Below, in pieces: positions 57,452 to 64,000 of a DNA stretch of 64,000 nucleotides. Below the pieces are notes generated by a model. The model saw only the letters and a list, made by a program, of their open reading frames with translations. It had not been told where the DNA came from and did no database searches. Position numbers and translations under genes: made by a program. The stretch lies in contig OZ220684.1 in the NCBI GenBank assembly GCA_965116395.1, positions 2,151,447 through 2,215,446 of the forward strand, given 5' to 3'. The DNA comes from Caldilineaceae bacterium. Its GTDB lineage: Bacteria; Chloroflexota; Anaerolineae; Caldilineales; Caldilineaceae. Position 1 is the stretch's first letter. Each line of letters opens with the position of its first letter.

Positions 57452-57916
57452 TTATTGCAAGGCTAACCCGACGATCACCAGGATATAGAGCGCGAGTCCC
57501 AGATAGGGGAGAATCAGCAGCCATCGAATTCTGCGCAGTTCTTTACGGACTTCGCGGTTTACGACTGCGTTGAGTAGCCAGGGGGCGACGTCAGACGCAC
57601 TGGTGTGCATCAGGACACGTTCGGCTCCTATACTCTCTTTCATCCCTACTACAGGGTTTAGTTGGATTTCGAAAATGGGCGGTTCCGCTACATGAAAGAT
57701 ATCTGTTTTGTGCTCTACGTTTCCGAGCACCTGGCCCATTGCAAGGGCAGAGATAGTCATTCTGTCTGTTTTCCAATGTCTGATGTAGTGAAACTGAGCA
57801 TCGGAAGTGTCGTCATAGTCGGTCGGAGCACTATCTGCATTTATAGCAGAGTCATCATTGGCTTTCGGAGCTTGTTCGACGGAGCTTGAGGATTCTTCTG
57901 GATTGATTTCGTTCAT
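57452..57916 (-). CDS. hypothetical C-terminally membrane-anchored protein
   Basis: ATG MNEINPEE, acidic N-terminus and C-terminal TM WLLILPYLGLALYILVIVGLAL. AT-richer than host genes. I recognise no family. Confidence 0.4.
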   Translation of the reverse strand: MNEINPEESSSSVEQAPKANDDSAINADSAPTDYDDTSDAQFHYIRHWKTDRMTISALAMGQVLGNVEHKTDIFHVAEPPIFEIQLNPVVGMKESIGAERVLMHTSASDVAPWLLNAVVNREVRKELRRIRWLLILPYLGLALYILVIVGLALQ

Positions 57917-58065
57917 AGGGTGCCCCTTTGTTGGAAGAAGGTAGATGGGTGCCACCATAGCGCCTATAAACCTGATACTAGCCAGCAAGGGGACGCAGAG
58001 CGCCATCGCTTCTGGAGAAAATTCTTGCTATTTGGTTACAAAAGCAGTGGTAGAATCCAGTCTAC

Positions 58066-58215
58066 TCAAAGCAAGAGGGTGTGACAAACGGGGGGAAAGG
58101 AGGCGTGAATCTCGTGTTCGCTCGATAACTGGCTAATCGTCTTAATGCCTTCAAGCGCTTCCAGCGCAACCCGAAACTTGAAGGCCGCCGCGTGTCGCCG
58201 CCGTTTCTTGACCAT
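58066..58215 (-). pseudogene. remnant of an IS3-family transposase orfA
   Basis: MVKKRRRHAAAFKFRVALEALEGIKTISQLSSEHEIHA matches the IS3 OrfA N-terminus, then degenerates and stops. Confidence 0.55.
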
Positions 58216-58267
58216 CGTGCTGCCCCTCCACAGGCTTGGTGTATTATTCCATTATACACCATAGCTC

Positions 58268-58473
58268 GTGGTCCGGTCCGGCTTTTTGGGACCACTTCAG
58301 GGAACTAGGGAGGCGAAAACGGCGAAGGGTGGGGATGGTGAGGTTGTGTTCAGAGTCTATTCATTAGGTGTCGCTACGAATAGGGATGTTCTGGCTTATT
58401 CGTTTGACTTGAATATGCTGCAAGACCGAGTTCGCACATTTGTCGAGATATACAACAGTACTGTTAATCGCAA
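58268..58473 (+). pseudogene. fragment resembling the C-terminal region of type ISP/IIG restriction-modification enzymes, cut by the IS
   Basis: VFRVYSLGVATNRDVLAYSFDLNMLQDRVRTFVEIYN resembles the G.kT.RD.wvy.f....L...i..fi..yn block. The ORF runs straight into the IS left end at 58474. Confidence 0.3.
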
Positions 58474-58536
58474 TGACCTGCCCCCAAAAACTGGTCCAGT
58501 TAATATGTTAGAATTGGGCCATAGAAAGGGGGAAAC

Positions 58537-58815
58537 ATGGCTAAGAGGAGACATACGCCGGAGCAGGTAATCAAAAAGCTCAGAGAGGCTGAGGTGGCGC
58601 TAGCCGAGGGCGGCACAGTGGCTGAGGCTGCGCGCCGGATAGGCGTGACCGAGCAGACCTTCTATCGGTGGCGCAGCGAGTATGGGGGTCTCAGGATCGA
58701 CCAGGCCAGGCGCCTGAAGCGTCTGGAGTTGGAGAACAGCCGTCTGAAGAGAGCGGTGGCGGAGCTGACGCTGGACAACCAGATACTGCGGGAGGCGTCT
58801 GAGGGAAACTTCTGA
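58537..58815 (+). CDS. IS3-family transposase OrfA (HTH)
   Basis: MAKRRHTPEQVIKKLREAEVALAEGGTVAEAARRIGVTEQTFYRWRSEYGG...LELENSRLKRAVAELTLDNQIL. Confidence 0.85.
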   Translation: MAKRRHTPEQVIKKLREAEVALAEGGTVAEAARRIGVTEQTFYRWRSEYGGLRIDQARRLKRLELENSRLKRAVAELTLDNQILREASEGNF

Positions 58816-59671
58816 GTCCTTCACGTCGTCGCCAGTGCGTTGACCACGTGAAGGCGCGCTTTGGGGTTTCGGAGCGACGCGCCTGCCGGGTGCTGGGTCA
58901 TCCTCGCTCCACACAGCGATACAAGCCAAGCCCTGCGGACGATGAGAAGGCGTTGACTGAGGAGATCGTGGAGTTGGCCAGTCAGTTCGGCAGGTACGGC
59001 TACCGTCGGATCACCGCCCTTCTGAGGCATCGCGGCTGGCATGTGAACCACAAGCGTGTAGAGCGGATTTGGCGACGTGAAGGGCTTAGGTACCGGCGAA
59101 GCAACCGAAGAGAGGGCGTCTGTGGTTCAATGACGGCTCGTGTGTGCGTCTGCGGCCTGCGTGGAAGGACCATGTGTGGGCCTACGACTTCGTGTATCTG
59201 AGGCTCCATGACGGCACAGGAGTGCGGTTGCTGACCGTCATCGACGAATACAGCAGGGAGTGTCTGGCGATCCAGGCTGCCCGCAGCATGCGGTCTGCCG
59301 ATGTGATAGAGGCGCTGGCCGAGTTGATGGTGTTCAGAAGCGTGCCCGACCATATTCGGTCGGACAACGGGCCGGCGTTTACGGCCCGGGCTGTGCGCGA
59401 GTGGCTTGGGCGGGTGGGAGCCAGGACGCTCTATATCGAACCTGGGTCGCCGTGGGAAAATGGCTACATCGAGAGTTTCAACGGGAAGTTGAGGGACGAG
59501 CTGCTGGACAGGGAGCTCTTCTATACGTTGCTGGAGGTGCGCGTGTTGACGGAGCGCTACAGACGGACTTACAACCGGATCAGACCGCACAGTTCTCTGG
59601 GCTACCGGCCGCCGGCGCCTGAGGCCCTCTTGCCTGCCGACCCTGTCCCCGTGCCTGTTGGACTAACATAA
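58803..59671 (+). pseudogene. IS3-family transposase OrfB (DDE), with an extra frameshift
   Basis: The -1 frame opens at the slippery heptamer GGGAAAC (58803-58809). A second shift near 59086-59091 separates ...RIWRREGL from (VPA)KQPKRGRLWFNDGSCVRLRPAWKDHVWAYDFV. The DDE core continues with ...IRSDNGPAF...PGSPWENGYIESFNGKLRDE. Confidence 0.75.
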
Positions 59672-59892
59672 CAAGTGGTACAAACATCGGGGGCAGGTCA
59701 CTCTGGAAAATAACATTGCCGGCATTTCACTCTCCCCAATTTTTCCCCTGAATCTGGAAAGAACATCGTAAGCCCCGAACTGTTCATTGCCTGAGGTAAT
59801 GGTTATAGTCAGCCACCGTTTACATCAAGATTGGAGGAGAGATGGATAATGTTCAAATAGTAATTTAGCCGCCAAATGACCTGGACCACCCA

Positions 59893-61005
59893 CTACCCAC
59901 ACAACTCCCCAATCAACCGCGTATAAATCTCCACCGCCTCATGTAACTGCTCGACCGCGATCCACTCGCCGACCGTGTGGGCCTGGTCGATGTTGCCGGG
60001 GCCGAGCACCAGCGCGTCCATATACTCCTGATAGCACGACGCTTCAGTGCCGTACGGAACGGTCACCGCCCGCGCCGCGCCGGTGGCGCGGCAGGCCGCA
60101 TGCGCCAGCGGGCCGTCCGCGTCGGCAAAAAACGGGCCGCCGCCGCTGTGGACCGCGTCCAGACCGTGGGCTTCCGCTCGCTCCACGACCATTTGCATCG
60201 CTTCCTCGAAACAGGCGTCGGGCATGGCCCGCAGTTTGAGGGTGGCGACGGTTCGCGCTGCGGTCACATTGGAGGCGGTGCCGCCGTCATTGATCACCAG
60301 GTTGAAGCCGTTTGTGGGCGGGTCGAAGAGCGGGGTCTGGAAGCGTTCTTCCGTGCGGAAGGTCTTAGCCAGCTCCGCCATCTCCGCCAGGAACGGGGCG
60401 ATCTTGAAGTTGGCCGACTCGCCTTTGTCGGTGCTGGTGTGCGCGGCCACCCCGTGCGCGGTGGCGATTATGCTGCCGCCCCCCTTGTGCGCATAGACCG
60501 GCTGCAGCTGCGATGGCTCGCAGACGATGCAGTATTGGGGCCAGCCGCCCGTCAATGTCTGCGAGCGTACGACGATATCGTGCGCGCCGGTGTGTCCCCG
60601 CTCCTCGTCCGAGGTGACGGCGATGACCAGCGGCCGCTCCAGATCAGCAGCGTTGAAGCGGCAGGCCGCTGCAATCGACGCCGCCAGGGGGCCCTTCATA
60701 TCGGCCGAGCCGCGGCCCACCAGGCGTCCATCTTCCAGCACCGGCGTGAACGGCTCCCAGCCGGCGTCGCCCGGCACCGTGTCCGAATGGCTGAACAGGC
60801 CCAGCCCGCCTTCTCCGGCGCCCTTTTTCGCGACCAGGCTGACCTTCTCCACGTCGAACTGGTCAATGTAGGACAGCTCCTCGACCGCGAAGCCGCCTTC
60901 CTCCAGCACCCCGCGCAGAAAATCGGAGATCGCCCGATTGCTCGTCGGCGTCTCCGAGGGCATTGCGATCAGTTCACTGGTAAGTTCGACAACGTCGATC
61001 TCCAT
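59893..61005 (-). CDS. M20-family metallohydrolase (ArgE/DapE/ACY1-like), paralog 1
   Basis: HSDTVP, GRGSADMKG and SDEERG metal-ligand motifs. Confidence 0.85.
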   Translation of the reverse strand: MEIDVVELTSELIAMPSETPTSNRAISDFLRGVLEEGGFAVEELSYIDQFDVEKVSLVAKKGAGEGGLGLFSHSDTVPGDAGWEPFTPVLEDGRLVGRGSADMKGPLAASIAAACRFNAADLERPLVIAVTSDEERGHTGAHDIVVRSQTLTGGWPQYCIVCEPSQLQPVYAHKGGGSIIATAHGVAAHTSTDKGESANFKIAPFLAEMAELAKTFRTEERFQTPLFDPPTNGFNLVINDGGTASNVTAARTVATLKLRAMPDACFEEAMQMVVERAEAHGLDAVHSGGGPFFADADGPLAHAACRATGAARAVTVPYGTEASCYQEYMDALVLGPGNIDQAHTVGEWIAVEQLHEAVEIYTRLIGELCG

Positions 61006-61092
61006 GGCACTGCCCTTTCTTATCGGATTTTCTATCGTGCAGCTCCGAAAAAGCCCCGCACTCAGGGCGACCAGCGGCCCACCTGCTGATTA

Positions 61093-62205
61093 CTACCCAC
61101 AAAGATCCTCGATCAGCCGCGAGTACACCTCCACCGCCCCCTGCAACTGCTCGACCGCGATCCACTCGCCGACCGTATGGGCCTGCGCAATGTTGCCGGG
61201 CCCGAGCACCAGCGCTTCCGCATACTTCTGATAACACTCGGCCTCAGTGCCGTAGGGCACGGTGACCGCTTCCGGCGCGCCGGTCGCACGGCAGGCTGCC
61301 TGCGCCAGCGGGCCGTCCGCAGTGGCGAAGAACGGGCTGATGCTCCAATGCTCCACCTCCAGGCCGTGCGCTTCCCCCCGCCCCACAACCATCTGCACCG
61401 CTTCTTCGAAGCAGGCGTCGGGCATGGCGCGAATACTCAGGCGGACCACTGTACGCGCCGCGGTTACGTTGGTGGCGGTATCGCCGTCGCTGATCACCAT
61501 GTTGAAGCCGTTCGTTGGCGGGTCGAAGAGCGGATTCTGGAAGCGTTTCTCGCTGCGGAAAACCTGTACAAGATCGGCCATTTCGGCGAGAAAGGGGGCG
61601 ATCTTAAAGTTGGCTGACTCGCCCCTGTCGGTGCTGGTATGCGCGGCGAACCCCCGCGCCGTGACCGTGATGCCGGCGCCGCCCTTATGCGCATAGACCG
61701 GCTGCAACTCGGTCGGTTCACAGACGATGCAGTATTGGGGCCAGCCGCTCGTCAACGTCTGCGAGCGGATAACGACGTCGTGCGCGCCGACATGTCCCCC
61801 CTCCTCATCCGCGGTGACGACGATCACAAGCGGCTGCTTCAGGTCGTCGTCCTTGTAGCGGCAGGCCGCGGCAATCGACGCCGCCAGAGGACCCTTCATG
61901 TCGGCAGAGCCGCGTCCCACCAGGCGTCCATTTTCCAGCGCCGGCGTGAACGGCTCCCAGCCGACGTCGCCCGGCACCGTGTCCGAATGGCTGAACAGGC
62001 CCAGCCCGCCGGCCCCCGCGCCCCTCTTGGCGACCAGGCTGACCTTTTCCTCATCGGACGGGTCGATATAGGTGACTTCCTCGACATCGAAGCCGCCCTC
62101 CTCCAGCACCCCGCGCAGAAAATCGGAGATCGGCCGGTTGCTCGTGGGCGTCTCCGAGGGCATTGCGATCAGTTCACTGGCAAGTTCGACAACGTCGATG
62201 TTCAT
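61093..62205 (-). CDS. M20-family metallohydrolase, paralog 2 (tandem duplicate)
   Basis: Same motifs. Collinear with paralog 1 at roughly 80% amino-acid identity by eye. Confidence 0.85.
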   Translation of the reverse strand: MNIDVVELASELIAMPSETPTSNRPISDFLRGVLEEGGFDVEEVTYIDPSDEEKVSLVAKRGAGAGGLGLFSHSDTVPGDVGWEPFTPALENGRLVGRGSADMKGPLAASIAAACRYKDDDLKQPLVIVVTADEEGGHVGAHDVVIRSQTLTSGWPQYCIVCEPTELQPVYAHKGGAGITVTARGFAAHTSTDRGESANFKIAPFLAEMADLVQVFRSEKRFQNPLFDPPTNGFNMVISDGDTATNVTAARTVVRLSIRAMPDACFEEAVQMVVGRGEAHGLEVEHWSISPFFATADGPLAQAACRATGAPEAVTVPYGTEAECYQKYAEALVLGPGNIAQAHTVGEWIAVEQLQGAVEVYSRLIEDLCG

Positions 62206-62238
62206 GGCACTGCCCTTTCTCTGCTTTATCCGTTTAGG

Positions 62239-63327
62239 TTACCTCAGCTTCCCCCGCCCGCTCACCGGCCACACCGTCTCCACAACGCCTTTGCGTACAC
62301 CGTACATCGCATCGTGCAGGAAGACCGTCGCATCGCCGTAGCCGACGATGAAATCCAGCACGTCGCCAACCTGTACGCTCTTGTTCGGCTCGGAGAGCGT
62401 GATCACCCCGTGCTCCGCCGAAGCCGCGATGTCGACCACGTTTTCCAGGCTGACTGCTTTAGGCTGCCGTTCCATGCCGGGCAGCGTCTTGAAGCCGGCG
62501 TCGGTGATGATGCGGTCAGGCGCGGGCCGGCTCGTGACCACCGCCTGGCCAAACAGCGCCGGGTCGGTCGGCACTCCCCACATCTGGTAGGTGGCATCCC
62601 CGAAGATCGCGCCCCCGGCCTGGATCTCCGTCACTTCCGGCTGGTGCATCGTTACATCCATCGTGCCGCTGCCGCCGCAACTGACGATCTCGATCGGCAG
62701 TCCCGCGTCGCGGCAGGCCTGCGCCGACGCCGCCAGCTGTCCGATACACCCCTGGATCGCCTGCGCGCGCTCGTCCGGATCCTCCAACGACAGCGTATGC
62801 CCCTCCCACGCCATCAGCCCGACCAGCCGCAGCCCGTCCTGCTCCTGGACCGCGCCCGCCAGCGCGACAACCGCCGTGCCGGGTTCTACGCCGGCCCGGT
62901 TCATGCCGACATTGAGCTCGACGACAACTGGGATTTCGACGCCGATAGCCTCGGCGGCCGCGCCGAGCTCCGCCAGCGTCGCCGTGTTGTCCACTGTAAC
63001 CTTCACGTTCGCGTGTCGCTGCAGCGCGGCCACGCGCGCGTACTTTTGCGCGCCCACCACCTGATTGGCGATCAGAATGTCGCGCACGCCGGCCGCCGCC
63101 ATCACCTCCGCTTCGCCCGGCTTCGCGCACGTAACCCCGAGCGCGCCGGCATCGATCATCTTATGCGCAATCGCCGGTATCTTTATCCCCTTCGTGTGCG
63201 GCCGCCAGTCCACGCCGGCATCCTTGAAGTCGTCCATCAGCAACGCAATGTTGCTCTCCAATATATCCAGATCCACCCACAGCGTCGGCGTATCCAGCAG
63301 CTCTTTCGCACGTCCGATTTCAGTCAT
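62239..63327 (-). CDS. PLP-dependent D-threonine aldolase / D-serine dehydratase-like enzyme (alanine racemase N-terminal fold)
   Basis: TPTLWVDLDILESNI...WRPHTKGIK (PLP lysine context) and the C-terminal beta domain typical of the DSD1/D-TA family. Confidence 0.75.
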   Translation of the reverse strand: MTEIGRAKELLDTPTLWVDLDILESNIALLMDDFKDAGVDWRPHTKGIKIPAIAHKMIDAGALGVTCAKPGEAEVMAAAGVRDILIANQVVGAQKYARVAALQRHANVKVTVDNTATLAELGAAAEAIGVEIPVVVELNVGMNRAGVEPGTAVVALAGAVQEQDGLRLVGLMAWEGHTLSLEDPDERAQAIQGCIGQLAASAQACRDAGLPIEIVSCGGSGTMDVTMHQPEVTEIQAGGAIFGDATYQMWGVPTDPALFGQAVVTSRPAPDRIITDAGFKTLPGMERQPKAVSLENVVDIAASAEHGVITLSEPNKSVQVGDVLDFIVGYGDATVFLHDAMYGVRKGVVETVWPVSGRGKLR

Positions 63328-63360
63328 TAGGTATCCTCATACTCTTATTGCTGTTATTTC

Positions 63361-63653
63361 GAAACTACGCAGCCACAACTGATCTGCGATCCTGAGTGAG
63401 GCGAGCAAACGTGTTCTTTCTCTCCTCATGATTGTCATATGGGCGGTCGGCCGCAAGCGGCCTCCCTTGTGCAGGGGCTGCGCCCCCGCAACGCCCCCCT
63501 ACAAAACCATCGCTCACCGACCTTGTGTGCGCATTCCAGCAGCGCCGCTCCAGCAACCTGTCTGCCGCCATCCGAATACAGAATCAGATAGCCTGAATGG
63601 CGGCAGGGAAAAGGGCTGGTCAAGACTGGCACCGTATATGGCTTAGTAGGTAC
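63361..63653 (+). mobile_element. MITE-like element, copy F (293 bp, subfamily I arms with subfamily II hairpin)
   Basis: GAAACTACGCAGCC...GGCTTAGTAGGTAC. Flanks GTTATTTC (63353-63360) and GTCATTTC (63654-63661) match 7/8. Confidence 0.8.
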
Positions 63654-63699
63654 GTCATTTCTTCTTATTGTCACTATTTCGCGGCAAGCGGCCAATATC

Positions 63700-63736
63700 A
63701 GCCACTAACCACTGACCACTATCCACTAACCACTGT
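63700..63736. repeat. heptamer tract, family 2 (complement orientation)
   Basis: CAGCCACTAACCACTGACCACTATCCACTAACCACTG, ending 7 nt from the SDR stop codon. Confidence 0.7.
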
Positions 63737-63742
63737 CGTTTC

Positions 63743-64000
63743 CTACCACGCCGTCCAGCCGCCGTCGACCAGGATATTCTGCCCGGTGATGTAACTGCCG
63801 CCGTCGCTCGCCAGCAGAACCACCAGCCCTTTCAACTCTTCCGGCTCACCCATCCGTCTCATCGGTACCCGCTCAGCCAGTCTGGCAACGAACGCCGGCT
63901 CGGCTTCCCGCACCTTGGGCGATGGGAACGGGCCCGGGCTGATCGCGTTCACGCGTACCCCATCCTGCGCCCAGTAGACCGCCAGATGGCGGGTCAGGTG
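63743..64000 (-). CDS. short-chain dehydrogenase/reductase, C-terminal part (gene runs off the right edge)
   Basis: ...VRVNAISPGPFPS...GEPEELKGLVVLLASDGGSYITGQNILVDGGWTAW is a canonical SDR C-terminus. Confidence 0.8.
   Translation of the reverse strand, partial: HLTRHLAVYWAQDGVRVNAISPGPFPSPKVREAEPAFVARLAERVPMRRMGEPEELKGLVVLLASDGGSYITGQNILVDGGWTAW

Larger units (their letters stand above)
58474..59700 (+). mobile_element. IS3-family insertion sequence (IS407-like), 1227 bp
   Basis: Terminal inverted repeats TGACCTGCCCCC (58474-58485) and GGGGGCAGGTCA (59689-59700). orfA/orfB arrangement. No matching 3-4-bp direct repeat at the flanks (CAA vs CTC). Confidence 0.85.

Noticed and set aside
61639-63330. 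563-aa plus-strand ORF (also 59977..61089, 50152..51513, 38730..39845, 42433..43569, 55497..56528, 827..2032)
   Set aside because: All are antisense to genes with strong family motifs. Their composition and their crossing of gene boundaries mark them as artefacts of GC-rich DNA.
20720-63540. Possible CRISPR array, because the same GC-rich roughly 60-nt sequence recurs
   Set aside because: Copies are 3-20 kb apart and occur in both orientations. They are embedded in about 290-bp units with terminal inverted repeats and target duplications. There is no regular repeat-spacer structure and there are no cas genes.

Overview
High-GC bacterial chromosomal window (above 60% by eye, not computed). 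The gene style is compatible with a Chloroflexota-like organism, but that is inference only. I support about 45 protein-coding genes. Housekeeping genes include murJ, a rarA-methyltransferase fusion, secA, asnS, an MraY/WecA-family transferase, tsaD, gatB, crcB and ogt. There are several peptidases (M23, M1, M28, two tandem M20). A sugar-use stretch holds an enolase-superfamily enzyme, a sugar-phosphate isomerase, a Gfo/Idh/MocA oxidoreductase, a GH29 fucosidase and an ABC sugar importer. Accessory patches sit between these. (1) A visibly AT-richer island at about 31.3-36.0 kb carries a 1397-aa STAND NTPase with an N-terminal Cap4/DUF4297-like nuclease (Avs-like) beside a hicB-like gene. Next to it is a HEPN/MNT/DUF4268-like cassette bracketed by diverged copies of a gene 3' end. 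(2) An XRE-ImmA/IrrE gene is paired with a frameshifted DUF4411 gene. (3) A decayed patch at 52.7-59.9 kb holds two DUF433 copies, an IS3-family element, IS remnants, a restriction-modification fragment and a duplicated M20 3' end. Outside genes, two things stand out. One is a roughly 290-bp MITE-like element in five full copies plus one core fragment. It has 14-bp terminal inverted repeats and 8-bp target duplications, and a filled site and an empty site are both present in this window. The other is a set of heptamer tandem tracts at gene ends that carry stop codons in all frames. A low-GC 450-bp intergenic region upstream of rarA holds about ten DnaA-box-like 9-mers next to an AT-rich tract. 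I saw no rRNA, tRNA or CRISPR array. Many long ORFs in the track are antisense shadows of real genes, and some starts were moved to internal ATGs.
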